A stretch of DNA of 64,000 nucleotides, taken from assembly GCA_963828195.1 (NCBI GenBank), contig CAWHDT010000009.1:64001-128000 (forward strand), in the 5' to 3' direction. The translations under genes and the position numbers were made by a program. The notes under the pieces were generated by a model that worked only from the letters and a program-made list of their open reading frames with translations, was not told where the DNA came from and ran no database searches. The DNA comes from Candidatus Bathyarchaeota archaeon (GTDB lineage Archaea > Thermoproteota > Bathyarchaeia > Bathyarchaeales > Bathycorpusculaceae). Positions 20,758-30,686 of this stretch are shown here, one piece after another. The first letter of the stretch is position 1, and each line of letters starts with the position of its first letter.

Positions 20758-23100
20758 TTGACAGGAGAACTGATTTCTATCTTGGATGAATTTTTAGCCC
20801 GACCAAGGGAAAGAGGTTCCCAAAAGATCGATAACAGTGGGTTGCTGGCTCATTCCTTGAATACTGCGCGTAAAGCGCGAGAGCTGGTTTCGGGCATGGG
20901 CATTGAGGACTCAGCATTTTATTCTGGCTTGCTCCATGATGTAGGAAAGCTTAACCCATATTATCAACTTCTCTTCTCCAGTGATCCTTCAAAGCAACAA
21001 GCGGTTAAAAAACAGCTTGACCGAGAATACCTCAGGGCACATGCAATATTTTCAGCGTTGGCAGTGTATGATCTTGCCAATATAGCCGCTTTACCGAAGC
21101 TTGTTCAAAAGCAAATACTCTTTGCTGTAGCAGGGCACCACACTAAACTTAACCAATTCTATAAGAGTCTCGGATATTGTGACCGAAATAAGGAGCGCTT
21201 TGAAAGAAGCTTTAAAGGCACTTACGATAACCTGCTTCGTTTCAGCAAGGACATAAAAGAAATTCAAGAACTCAAAGGACTGGATTGGGATGAATGTCTA
21301 AGCAATTTTCAAGATCAAATAATCCCCATGAGCGAGACTAATTATCGCGGAGATGAAAAGAATTTCGTCGGGGATTTTCTAGGTTTTTCCTCTGTGTATT
21401 CAGCGCTTATTCAAGCCGATCGGGGAAGCTTTTTTGATAGTTTGCGTCAGCCTACTTTTACCATCAGCTTAAACACGGCTGTGCTTGTAAGGGCTGATAG
21501 TACTTTATCCAAGATAAGGATGAGTTTTCAGGAAAGGCTTCTTTTAGAAAACAAGTTTCAAGATAACTTAGTTATTCTAAAAGCGCCCACCGGAATAGGC
21601 AAAACCAAGATTTTTCTTGATGTCGTTAACAAACTCTCACAAAGTCGGCAGTTCGAGAGGGTTTTCTATTTTTCGCCTTTGCTGGCATTAACCGATGATT
21701 TTGAGGGCAAACTCTTTCCAAAAAAGATCGAAAACGTCAGCCTTTTCCAAGGGCATTATAAGCCCTCAGTGCTAAACCAAGTTGATGCAGAAAAAGTGCT
21801 TGTTTATAATCATGCGTTTACCGGCAGTCTGCTTAAGAAGCAGTCAAAGGATTCTGATGCGCCTCTTGATGAGGAAGCTTTAGACCCACAATTTAAAAGA
21901 ACCCCCGAGTATTTTGAGCGCGAATCCTTCAACAAAGAATTAATCATAACCACCACTCAGCGGCTGCTGATGGTGCTCTACTCCAATGAACCCGCCGACA
22001 AAGAGAAGCTTCTTTCGTTTAAGAATTCTTTTCTGATAATCGACGAAGTCCAGACCATACCCAAAGTTATACTTCCAAACTTCATAGCACTGCTTAAGGC
22101 GCTCTCAGCAAAATATAATTCAAGGATACTTCTGGTCAGCGCCACTATACCTGATGAACTGCAGGGTTTACCCAAACTGGCAACCCCAAAAGAGGTCGAG
22201 GACCAATACTTGGAGATGACTACTAAACGGATAGAATATAGAGAGAATGGTTTGGATGCCGAAGAGGTTTCGCTTAAAGCCGATGGACATACACTGGTCA
22301 TGTTCAATACCAGACGTAAAGCCTTAAACTTCTTTGAGAAACTGTATCCTCTTAAGCCCGATGCGTTTTACCTGTCCACTGGTAAAAGAAAGTGTGATAG
22401 AGATCAAATCATCCAAAAAAGACTGCGTGAAAAGCCGCCGGCAACGGTTGTTTCGACGCAGGTTTTGGAGGCTGGCGTGGATGTGAGTTTCAACCGCATG
22501 TACAGGGAAATGGCGCCACTGGATAACATCGTGCAGGCTATGGGGCGACTCAACCGGGAAGGGGAACACAACGATCCTGTGCTCACAGTTTTCCTTGATG
22601 ACGGCGACTATAAGCCCTACAGTCGGCTTGAGGTAGATGAGTCCAAAAAATGGATTCCTAAGCTTAACTCCTCTATTGATCTCTACAATGCGTTGCCTGA
22701 ATATTATAAGACGGTTTCAGCTGAAAACCAGAGTAACAAAAACTTAGCCAAAGAACTAGACGATAAAATGAGAAACCTTAACTTTGATGATGTTTGGGAT
22801 TTCATCAAAAAACATGCTTTGCCAGATCAGCTGGGCGATTCGCTTCTTGTGCCAAGCCCCCAAAAGTGGGAAGAAGTGAAGCGGTTCTTATCTTCGGATT
22901 CAAACAAGGGCCATGGAAAACTCGCTCGGTATGCTAAATTTATGGCTCAGCTGCCCGGCTTCCTTGAGGAAATCGACGGCTTAGAAGCCCTGCTTGATGA
23001 GGAACTGCTTGACAAGGGAATTTTTCTGCCCAAGAAAGAGCACCTCGTCGAGGTATATGATTCTAAGGTGGGGCTGGATAAGTGGGTGAAAAAGAAATGA
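20758..23100 (+). CDS. cas3: Cas3 HD nuclease-helicase
   Basis: LLAHS, LHDVGK, GHH, APTGIGKT, IDEVQ, SAT, STQVLEAGVD, QAMGRLNR. Confidence 0.97.
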   Translation: MTGELISILDEFLARPRERGSQKIDNSGLLAHSLNTARKARELVSGMGIEDSAFYSGLLHDVGKLNPYYQLLFSSDPSKQQAVKKQLDREYLRAHAIFSALAVYDLANIAALPKLVQKQILFAVAGHHTKLNQFYKSLGYCDRNKERFERSFKGTYDNLLRFSKDIKEIQELKGLDWDECLSNFQDQIIPMSETNYRGDEKNFVGDFLGFSSVYSALIQADRGSFFDSLRQPTFTISLNTAVLVRADSTLSKIRMSFQERLLLENKFQDNLVILKAPTGIGKTKIFLDVVNKLSQSRQFERVFYFSPLLALTDDFEGKLFPKKIENVSLFQGHYKPSVLNQVDAEKVLVYNHAFTGSLLKKQSKDSDAPLDEEALDPQFKRTPEYFERESFNKELIITTTQRLLMVLYSNEPADKEKLLSFKNSFLIIDEVQTIPKVILPNFIALLKALSAKYNSRILLVSATIPDELQGLPKLATPKEVEDQYLEMTTKRIEYRENGLDAEEVSLKADGHTLVMFNTRRKALNFFEKLYPLKPDAFYLSTGKRKCDRDQIIQKRLREKPPATVVSTQVLEAGVDVSFNRMYREMAPLDNIVQAMGRLNREGEHNDPVLTVFLDDGDYKPYSRLEVDESKKWIPKLNSSIDLYNALPEYYKTVSAENQSNKNLAKELDDKMRNLNFDDVWDFIKKHALPDQLGDSLLVPSPQKWEEVKRFLSSDSNKGHGKLARYAKFMAQLPGFLEEIDGLEALLDEELLDKGIFLPKKEHLVEVYDSKVGLDKWVKKK

Positions 23101-23777
23101 GCAAAGAAGCAGACCAGCAGAAGGAGGCAGCGGTTAAAATCTGCAGGGTTAAATTAAATATTTCAGATCCGGAACAAGATTATATTTCCTCGGTTAAGCT
23201 TCGGGGATTCCTTGGCAGCCTCTTTGTCAACGATGCCGAGTTCCATCATCACTCGGAGCGGTCTTATCACTACCCGTTGATCCAGTATAAACGGGTTAAT
23301 GGGGAATTGATGATTCTTGGCCTTCAAGACTACGCCAGTGTTCTTATGAACAAGATGTCGACTGTGGATAGTATTTCCACAGGACGTGGGAGCTTTAAGG
23401 TTGACAGCCAAGAGATTAGTCTATCGACTTGGCGGGTACGCAATACATCCTGCTGCTATGATTTCGCTTCGCCTTGGCTTCCGCTTAACGAGGCTAACTA
23501 CTCTGCCTTTAAGGACTTGGGCGTGGAGAAGAAGAAAGCTTTTTTGGAGAAGATTCTGGTCGGCAACACTTTGAGCTGCCTAAAGGGCTTGGGCATCTTT
23601 GTGGATTACCGCGTTGAATCCTACCTTGTCTCGTTTCGTTCCTTTACTGTGAGGGCTCATGGGAACCCCTTTGAAGCGTTTTCCGCGCGTTTCTTCTCAA
23701 ACATCGATCTCCCCGATTTCATCGGGTTGGGAAAGAGTGTTTCGAAAGGGTTTGGCACGATAAGGCGAGTAACATGA
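23097..23777 (+). CDS. cas6: Cas6 (Cas6b type) crRNA endonuclease
   Basis: KLRGF, YPLIQYK, LPDFIGLGKSVSKGFG G-rich loop. Confidence 0.92.
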   Translation: MSKEADQQKEAAVKICRVKLNISDPEQDYISSVKLRGFLGSLFVNDAEFHHHSERSYHYPLIQYKRVNGELMILGLQDYASVLMNKMSTVDSISTGRGSFKVDSQEISLSTWRVRNTSCCYDFASPWLPLNEANYSAFKDLGVEKKKAFLEKILVGNTLSCLKGLGIFVDYRVESYLVSFRSFTVRAHGNPFEAFSARFFSNIDLPDFIGLGKSVSKGFGTIRRVT

Positions 23778-24733
23778 TACTTGAAATAAGCGAGCATGGG
23801 AGCGTTTTAAAAAGAAATCATGACTGTTTCTTGGTCCAAACGCCAACTGATAAGATAGAGATACCTGCGGAAAAAGTCGATGCGATTATGGTCACTGCAA
23901 ACGCTCTGATTAGTACTCAAGCAGTAGCTTTATGCCGAGAGAAAAGTATACAATTAGTTCTGGCAAGCTGGTCAGGCAAACCCTTCGGCAGGTTCTGGGC
24001 CAGCACTCCAGGGCGAGCGACGGAAGTCAGACGAAAGCAATACCTCCATCAAGACTCACCCTTGGCCTTTGAACTCTCCAAGCAAATAGTGCACGGCAAG
24101 CTTAGAGAACAAAAAAAGCTCCTCGTTGATCTAAAAAATAACCGAAAATGTCCAAGCGAAGAAATACAAAAAGCTATTGAAAGCATTAACCGGTCACTTG
24201 TGAATTTGAAATCCCTTGAGTATACGCCTTCTTTTAAGCAGTCGCTTTTGGGCATTGAAGGTTTCGCCGCTTCAGAATATTTCTCGGCAGTATCGCAAGC
24301 TTTGCCTAAAAAATATGCTTTTAAGGAGAGAAGCCGCCAGCCTGCCCGCGATAAATTTAACGCAGTTCTAAATTACGCCTACGGATTGACTTATTCAAAT
24401 ATAGAAAAAGTTATCATTTTAAGTGGATTAGATCCAAATGCCGGAATATACCATGCAGATGCTTATGGGAAGCCAACTTTGGTTTTTGACGTAATAGAGC
24501 TTTTCAGGGCTAAAGTCGATCGGTTAGTGATAAAATTGTTCACTAAAAGAATGGTTAAAGACTCCTGGTTTACGGTTCCGCAACAAGGAGACCCAACAGC
24601 TGGAATTTTCCTCTCAAAAGAAGGGCGAAAGACCATAATTAACGGGTACATGACAGATGTGTCAGCGATGATAGACAAAGGGAGTTGGGTTTACTGCCGA
24701 AAAATTATAGCCAAACTAATTGAAGAGGGTTGA
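23774..24733 (+). CDS. cas1: Cas1
   Basis: LGIEGFAA..YF, R.RQPARDKFNAVLNYAY, GLDP..GIYH, TLVFDVIELFR. Confidence 0.96.
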   Translation: MILEISEHGSVLKRNHDCFLVQTPTDKIEIPAEKVDAIMVTANALISTQAVALCREKSIQLVLASWSGKPFGRFWASTPGRATEVRRKQYLHQDSPLAFELSKQIVHGKLREQKKLLVDLKNNRKCPSEEIQKAIESINRSLVNLKSLEYTPSFKQSLLGIEGFAASEYFSAVSQALPKKYAFKERSRQPARDKFNAVLNYAYGLTYSNIEKVIILSGLDPNAGIYHADAYGKPTLVFDVIELFRAKVDRLVIKLFTKRMVKDSWFTVPQQGDPTAGIFLSKEGRKTIINGYMTDVSAMIDKGSWVYCRKIIAKLIEEG

Positions 24734-24736
24734 TTC

Positions 24737-25033
24737 TTGAAAAAGAACATGTATTATGCTGTGTATGATATTTCCGATGACAAAACACGTTCGCGTGTAG
24801 TTCAGGCTCTCAAAGACATAGGTTTTGTTCGGATTCAGAAAAGCGTTTTTTGTGGTTCTCTTTCGTCTCAGCAGAAAAAGGATTTGGCTGAGAGACTCAA
24901 GCGTATCGCGGGGGAGGATGAGTCTATTTACCTAATTTTAGCCTGCCAGACATGTTTTGGGAAAGTAACTATTATTGGTCACGGCTTCGATAAAGAATAT
25001 GTTGCAAATGACTTGGAGAGCATGGTTCTTTGA
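24737..25033 (+). CDS. cas2: Cas2
   Basis: VYDISDDKTR...RIQKSVF. Confidence 0.95.
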   Translation: MKKNMYYAVYDISDDKTRSRVVQALKDIGFVRIQKSVFCGSLSSQQKKDLAERLKRIAGEDESIYLILACQTCFGKVTIIGHGFDKEYVANDLESMVL

Positions 25034-25623
25034 GTAACTGTTTAACGGTAACAAACGTCGTTGAACATGCATTTTGTCCCCGGTTCACTTATTTCCAGTT
25101 GGTTCTAGGAATTGAGCAGTTAGAGGGAAAACGAGGAACAGTGCTAGCGGGAAGAACTTTTCATAGTAAACACTCAAAGACTAATAAGAGCTATAAAATC
25201 AAAAGATTAACAGGTTTAAAACTGACAGAACTTTTGCTTTACTGCAAAGAATATGGCTTCTCCGGCAAAATTGATGAGGCAATAGAAACAGCCGATGAAG
25301 TCCTTATTATCGAGCGAAAATATTCCGACTATGTGATAATAAGCCAGACAATCAAAACTCAAGTGGGATTACTAGCAATCCTCGCAGAACGGAACTTTAA
25401 GAAAAAAGTGAAAAGAGCGATAATCGTTTTTGACAAAACAAAACGGGTTGAAATCCAAATAAAGATAACGGAAAAGATCAAACAACAAGCTCTAACCGAA
25501 CTTCAGAAAACAAATGCCGTGTTAAGTTCAGGTGTTATTCCTTCTTCTATACATGATAACCGTTGTTTGAATTGTTGCTACCGAAAAATATGTCCTCCGT
25601 CTCCTTCTAGCAGTCATCAATAG
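25030..25623 (+). CDS. cas4: Cas4
   Basis: FCPR, GKID, IIERK, C..C.Y...C Fe-S ligands. Confidence 0.93.
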   Translation: MSNCLTVTNVVEHAFCPRFTYFQLVLGIEQLEGKRGTVLAGRTFHSKHSKTNKSYKIKRLTGLKLTELLLYCKEYGFSGKIDEAIETADEVLIIERKYSDYVIISQTIKTQVGLLAILAERNFKKKVKRAIIVFDKTKRVEIQIKITEKIKQQALTELQKTNAVLSSGVIPSSIHDNRCLNCCYRKICPPSPSSSHQ

Positions 25624-25796
25624 TGCAACTTTCCCTTAGCACATTGAGAAAAAACTGTTTCTTTATATAATCGCCAATAATCGCAAGACCCCAAAAAAAC
25701 AAGTTTTAAAAAGCCATAGAATCTACCTAATGAACGGAATAAAGCCAAATTTATGGGCTGTCCAAAAAGGTGATCCATCAAAACAAGGATTGAATC
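25624..25796 (+). CRISPR. CRISPR leader-like region (about 25624-25759) plus one 37-bp repeat (25760-25796); no spacer array
   Basis: GTCCAAAAAGGTGATCCATCAAAACAAGGATTGAATC resembles the 37-nt GATCC...AAAACAAGGATTGAAAC repeat family found with Cas6b; AT-rich region after cas4; no second copy seen. Confidence 0.75.
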
Positions 25797-25820
25797 ATCT
25801 CCAGAAATGCCGCTTAAGAA

Positions 25821-26014
25821 AAAGTCCCAACCGCGAAAAAGTCCCGCCCGTATCCGACAGTAACTTCAACATAGCTTCAACATGCAAAGTCGCATCCCGC
25901 CCATCCCAAAGTCGCAACGAAAAAACGCTTTCAAACCCCAAACCAAAAAAACAACCCAAAACACAAAGACCCAGAGCGGAAAGTCGCAACTTACGCCAGC
26001 CCAAAAGTCGCAAC
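25821..26014 (+). repeat. six AAAGTC(G/C)C-type short repeats (consensus AAAGTCGCAAC) in an A/C-rich tract
   Basis: Copies at 25821, 25838, 25886, 25908, 25980, 26004. Confidence 0.65.
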
Positions 26015-26112
26015 AAAAAATCTAAACAAACCCCTCTTTCCAAACAAGCCCAGATAGGTTTAAATGGGGAGAGTTCAAGTATAGAAGAGATATAGATTCG
26101 TGAGGATTCCAA

Positions 26113-26340
26113 ATGAGCGAAATGACAACCGAAATTCTTGAGCAGAACCTCAGCAAAATCGTACTTGTACGACTCAAAGGCGGAAAAAGCCTCAGAGGAA
26201 GACTGAAGGGTTTCGACCAGCACCTAAACCTAGTTCTAGAAGAGACAGAAGACACCACAAACATCGAAAACCAAAAGAGACTGGGACTAATCATCGTCCG
26301 CGGAGACAACGTAGTCCTTATTTCACCATCGCCTAGGTGA
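26113..26340 (+). CDS. Sm-like protein (Lsm/SmAP)
   Basis: [15 protein letters not shown] and IIVRGDNV Sm1/Sm2 motifs; coupled to L37e. Confidence 0.96.
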   Translation: MSEMTTEILEQNLSKIVLVRLKGGKSLRGRLKGFDQHLNLVLEETEDTTNIENQKRLGLIIVRGDNVVLISPSPR

Positions 26341-26345
26341 CCGCC

Positions 26346-26534
26346 ATGGGAAAAGGCACTCCATCAATGGGCAAACGCCAAGGCAAAACGGTCCACATAA
26401 AATGCAGACGCTGCGGAAGACGCGCATATCATGTACGCCACAAACGATGCGCAGCATGCGGCTACGGTGAAACCACAACCATGCGGCACTACACTTGGAT
26501 GCGAAAAACTCTTCAAAGAGTAAGAGTCGTCTAA
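26346..26534 (+). CDS. rpl37e: 50S ribosomal protein L37e
   Basis: [11 protein letters not shown]...[13 protein letters not shown]...CAACGYG. Confidence 0.97.
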   Translation: MGKGTPSMGKRQGKTVHIKCRRCGRRAYHVRHKRCAACGYGETTTMRHYTWMRKTLQRVRVV

Positions 26535-26612
26535 TCCTCAAGCCCCACTAGTTTTATTATTAATTTTGACGCTTTCTTAAAAATAATCCCAGCAGTTTCT
26601 CCTGAACTTGGC

Positions 26613-27165
26613 TTATTTCTTTACGTCTTTTTCAGGAAACTTTTCCACTATTTCAGTAATCGTGTTCAAGTTTCGGGTGGTTGCCTTCACTTTTAGTTTG
26701 GCCTCAAGAAAGGGGTTAGGTAACCCTCCTTCGCCGCCGCCGTGGGTCACACCGAAAACCTCGCCGTCCTTCGCTGAAATTATTTGTGCAGTCGATTTCG
26801 GGATAGCCAAAGGCAACTTGAGAGGAAATACCGTGGGCGGGTCAGGCAAGAAACGTTACTAGAAAACTGGTTCCTTCTTTGTTATAGCCTCTGAAGGGTT
26901 CAGACTCGACTAATGCTTGGAGCTGAGGAATTGTACGCACAAACGCTGCCACATCATAACCCAACAGTTCGCGAAGTTTTTTCTCCACTTTTCTCTTAAT
27001 TTCGTTTGGATTTGCCTCGTCAGTTTCGAGGATTATGTTGCCGCTTTGTTTGAAAGTGGAAACGTTTTGGTATCCTAAGCAGATGAATGCTTCCTGCAGC
27101 TTTGCCTTAGCTACAGTGTGGCCGCCGACATTAATCGCACGCAGGAAAACAACAAATCGAGCCAT
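26613..27165 (-). pseudogene. DUF1697-family protein split by a frameshift near 26850
   Basis: FLRAINVGG, QSGNII in one frame; ATTRNLNTI C-terminal motif in another. Confidence 0.8.
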
Positions 27166-27232
27166 AAAAAACAGTAACGTTGACAACTAATAAATCTGAT
27201 TTATTATAAAAAACTAAGAAGTAAGCAAACGC

Positions 27233-27847
27233 TTACTCTGTTCCTGAGCTATAGTAGCCTTTGTCTATCTTGACAAAGATTAGTGGACCCCTGCTTTGCG
27301 CCATCTCACGAGCTTTCCTTAACGCCTCGTTAACAACTGTGAAAACTCTGTCTCTGTCGCTTAAGTTTTGAACGCTGCTTTCTCCCAGCTCCATCTTCAG
27401 CAGATTTTCAGATAAAATTTCGGTTCCGCAGATCTCCCCGTTTTTAACAAGTGTGGAGATTATGATCTCTTGGAGTTCCTGCTTTTGCTCAATTTTCTTC
27501 CATAATGGTTCAGCGTTAGCTAGGGTTTTTGAAACTTTATTCCAGCGGCTCGCGTTCTGGTCGCCTATCAGAAGCTTAACCCGTTCCTTCCATTTCTTGA
27601 ACCAGATACCAATCCAAACCGTCAGGAATGCATCTAGCTCAGATGAATCTTCCTTGAAAATGCTCTCTAACTTCTCAACCAGTTCGCATTGGCTTGCCTC
27701 TTTCCCCATTAGCTTCCAATGAAACTTTAGGAAATTCGTAAAGTCTTGGCAAGCAACCTGCAAAACTTTGCGGTCTGACCCCATCACGTCAAGAGCCGAG
27801 TCCGCTTCTTTCAATTTTTCCCCTATCATCAATTCAACAAAGTTCAT
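27233..27847 (-). CDS. hypothetical protein
   Basis: Clean 204-aa ORF. Confidence 0.8.
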   Translation of the reverse strand: MNFVELMIGEKLKEADSALDVMGSDRKVLQVACQDFTNFLKFHWKLMGKEASQCELVEKLESIFKEDSSELDAFLTVWIGIWFKKWKERVKLLIGDQNASRWNKVSKTLANAEPLWKKIEQKQELQEIIISTLVKNGEICGTEILSENLLKMELGESSVQNLSDRDRVFTVVNEALRKAREMAQSRGPLIFVKIDKGYYSSGTE

Positions 27848-27980
27848 ACTGATTCCCGCTCCGAAGCCTCTCCATAACGACTAGAGATTAAGGTTTTTAT
27901 TAAACTTTATTTTTATTGAGGAATATAGCTGGCTAAGTATGGTTGTAGCAATATTTCAGATTCTGATAAATGCACGGCAT

Positions 27981-28640
27981 TTATTTGATAAACTTTGGAA
28001 GAGCATTAACATCGTTTAAAATTAAATCTGGGCATTCTTTGGTAAGCTCTTCGGATTTAAAAAGCCCAGATAAAACTGCCACCGTTCTTGCGCCAGCCGC
28101 TTTGCCAGCCCTCACATCGTTAACTGAGTCTCCGGCGATAACGCAGTCGCTGATGTCAACGTCTAAGGCGTGGACACAAGCCATTAACGCTTCAGGCGAA
28201 GGTTTAGGCTTAGAAGTATCCAGCGCCGTTACAACATGAGTAAAATATTTTGATATGCCAAAACACTCAAGCTCTTTTATTACAGCTTGTTTCGGAGCGT
28301 ACCGCATGGTTATCAGGGCAAGTTTGGTTTTTGCAGATAAGATTTCAAGCGTTTCTGAAACAAAGGGGATAAGTTTGGTTTTTTTCCGTGTAATTGAATA
28401 GTAAGTTTCAAAGTATACGCTTAGGAATTCTTTAGAGTCTCCCCCAATGATGTCGCCGATTGTGAATCCCTGTTCCAGTCTTCTCGGAATCTCAAGAGCA
28501 GCCTTTTTTCCTAGCGGTTTCCGCCCTAAGGTCTGCAACGTTATTTTCGCTGCCTCAATGTAAGCTTCTTTGGAGTCAACTATTGTGCCATCTAAATCCA
28601 AGAAAATACCTTTCACTTTTAATCCGTTTTCGTTTATCAA
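27981..28640 (-). CDS. HAD-family hydrolase (phosphoglycolate phosphatase-like)
   Basis: DLDGTIVDS, KPKPSP, GDSVND..AG motifs. Confidence 0.93.
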   Translation of the reverse strand: MINENGLKVKGIFLDLDGTIVDSKEAYIEAAKITLQTLGRKPLGKKAALEIPRRLEQGFTIGDIIGGDSKEFLSVYFETYYSITRKKTKLIPFVSETLEILSAKTKLALITMRYAPKQAVIKELECFGISKYFTHVVTALDTSKPKPSPEALMACVHALDVDISDCVIAGDSVNDVRAGKAAGARTVAVLSGLFKSEELTKECPDLILNDVNALPKFIK

Positions 28641-28786
28641 GTTCTCTCTGGCTCTTGAAAGGCTGTTTCTTGTTTCTTAAAGGTTTCTTATAGTTTTTGA
28701 TGATTTAATCCATTATTTTCTATATAGATTATGAAGAGAATCTCTATAGGAACCAAAACATAATTTCTAATTGAAAATAAGTAGAG

Positions 28787-28969
28787 GTGAAAAAAATGCT
28801 CTCAAGAGATTGCGACGGCTGCACGATGCTTAAAGAATGCAGTGTGCGATACAAAAAAACCTTAAAAGGCGACAAAGTTTACTGCCCGGATGGAACGGCT
28901 CATCTGATTGATTGTTACAGCGTAAATCAAAGCTCTGATGTAATTTGCTTCTTCGAAGCGTTTCAATAA
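28787..28969 (+). CDS. small Cys-rich protein
   Basis: CDGC...C...YCPDG.AH; GAGGTGA RBS. Confidence 0.65.
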   Translation: MKKMLSRDCDGCTMLKECSVRYKKTLKGDKVYCPDGTAHLIDCYSVNQSSDVICFFEAFQ

Positions 28970-29346
28970 TCCAGGCAGCCCTGACTTTTAAGCCTCAATA
29001 GCTTAGATATGGAAAATGTAACTAAATTTTTTTTGTAATTTAATTGCAGTTCTTTTTTCTTTGTCCTTAGATTGTGCTTTTTTTATGTTGGTTATCTCGA
29101 ACATTTTTACTTGAATAACTGAACCGGGCAGTAGCTGGCAAGTGGGTTTCGCGGTTCGGTGGACTGCGTTTGCTGCGGATAACTATTGAGGGGTATTATC
29201 TGATATTTATTTTTTTAAAGTGGTTGTTATTTTTCTTCTTTTTTGGTAAAGAAAACTTTTTATATAGTGATTCTTCATAAAATAATTAGTCTATATAGCT
29301 ACACCTAATATAATTAGACATTATAGAAGGACATGGGGCCAAGCGG

Positions 29347-30396
29347 TTGACTAAAGAAGTAGAAAAACAAAATGAAGAACAGCGTAAACTTCAGGTAACG
29401 GGCGGATCAACATTCATTCTTTCCTTACCTAAAGACTGGGCTATACGAAACGAGCTGAAGAGAGGAAGCTCAATGGTGGTTCGCGAGGAAGACGACGGGT
29501 CGCTTTCGATAGCTCCTTCAAAGTTTGTAAAAAAGGAAAAGCAGGATGAAGCTTTCATCAAAGCCTCAGTTAACGATAACCCTGATGCCATAATGAGAAC
29601 GGCAATTTCTGCTTATCTCGACGGCTATAACATTTTGCACATAAGAGCTCAAGGACAAAAAGTGCTTTCTTCAAAAGTTCGAAATCACCTTAAGAATTTT
29701 GCGAGGCATTATTTGGTTGGGACCGAAATCGTGATAGATACACCTGCCGAATTGACGCTGCAGGTTCTGCTAAACTACCCCGAACTCACGGTTCAAAATG
29801 CGTTAAGTCGAATGTCTATAATCGCGTCATCGATGCATAAAGAAGCCTTAGCGGCGCTGAAAAAGCTGGATTATTCTTCTGCCAAATCCGTTATTGAAAC
29901 CGACCGCGAGGTAAATCGGTTTGGACTGTATATTGTGAGGCTTTTGAAGCTTGCAGTTTCAAACCCGAGGATTGTCAAAGAAATCGGGTTAAACACGCAA
30001 AGAGACTGTTTAGGTTACAGGCTTATAGCTAAAGCTGTTGAGAGAACCGCGGATCATGCGACAAAAATCGCTGAAAACACGCTGTCGCTAAAAGAGCCGG
30101 TGAATGAGGAGCTTATGGAAAAGATAAGTCAGTTGAGCATTTTGGCTATTTCAATGTTTGAAAATTCCATGGACGCCCTGTTCCGCCGCGACTTTAACTT
30201 GGCAGAAACCGTGATCGAAAAAATAAGTCAAGTTCATAAATTAGAAAAAGAAATCGTGCTTAGTCTGCAAAATATTAAAAATGAAGAAATCGTTAACTTG
30301 CGACTGTTGATTGAGAGCGTAAGACGAACTGCGGAATACGCCAGTGATATCTCCGAAATTGTGCTGAACTTGAATGTTGAATCAGTTTTGAGTTAG
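29347..30396 (+). CDS. phoU: phosphate uptake regulator (AbrB-PhoU-PhoU)
   Basis: RKLQVTGGSTFILSLPKDW, then ERTADHA and RRTAEYA PhoU motifs. Confidence 0.92.
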   Translation: MTKEVEKQNEEQRKLQVTGGSTFILSLPKDWAIRNELKRGSSMVVREEDDGSLSIAPSKFVKKEKQDEAFIKASVNDNPDAIMRTAISAYLDGYNILHIRAQGQKVLSSKVRNHLKNFARHYLVGTEIVIDTPAELTLQVLLNYPELTVQNALSRMSIIASSMHKEALAALKKLDYSSAKSVIETDREVNRFGLYIVRLLKLAVSNPRIVKEIGLNTQRDCLGYRLIAKAVERTADHATKIAENTLSLKEPVNEELMEKISQLSILAISMFENSMDALFRRDFNLAETVIEKISQVHKLEKEIVLSLQNIKNEEIVNLRLLIESVRRTAEYASDISEIVLNLNVESVLS

Positions 30397-30686
30397 CGGA
30401 TTGTTGTTGGAAGAGGTTCATGTGGTTTAGGGTAAATATTTGCGGAAAGCAGTTGAGCTAACCCCCTCATCCTCTTCTTTTGAATCGTTCAGGCTTTGCT
30501 TAAGCAATCCTGTTTTGCTCATAGCTCAATGGTTGCTTTCCACTCTATTTGCCGTTTTCCGCATGGACCTCTTCCATTGTTTGGCTCTTCTGGTTGGAAA
30601 GTTCCTGATTTTATACTGTTTTGGTGCATATTAAAGTATTATGTATTGCTACACAATACACATAAGCAGTAGCCACTATCTTGTTT

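Noticed and set aside
25797-25870. CreA/CreR-like mini-array whose spacer targets the cas promoter
   Set aside because: The putative second repeat is too degenerate, and similarity to 17238-17256 is short, gapped and AT-rich.
25730-26309. ORFs 25730..26095, 25795..26223 and 26022..26309
   Set aside because: Products of the low-complexity A/C-rich tract or antisense to lsm.
28715-29330. CTATATAG-like boxes near phoU
   Set aside because: Cannot be distinguished from TATA elements in AT-rich DNA by eye.
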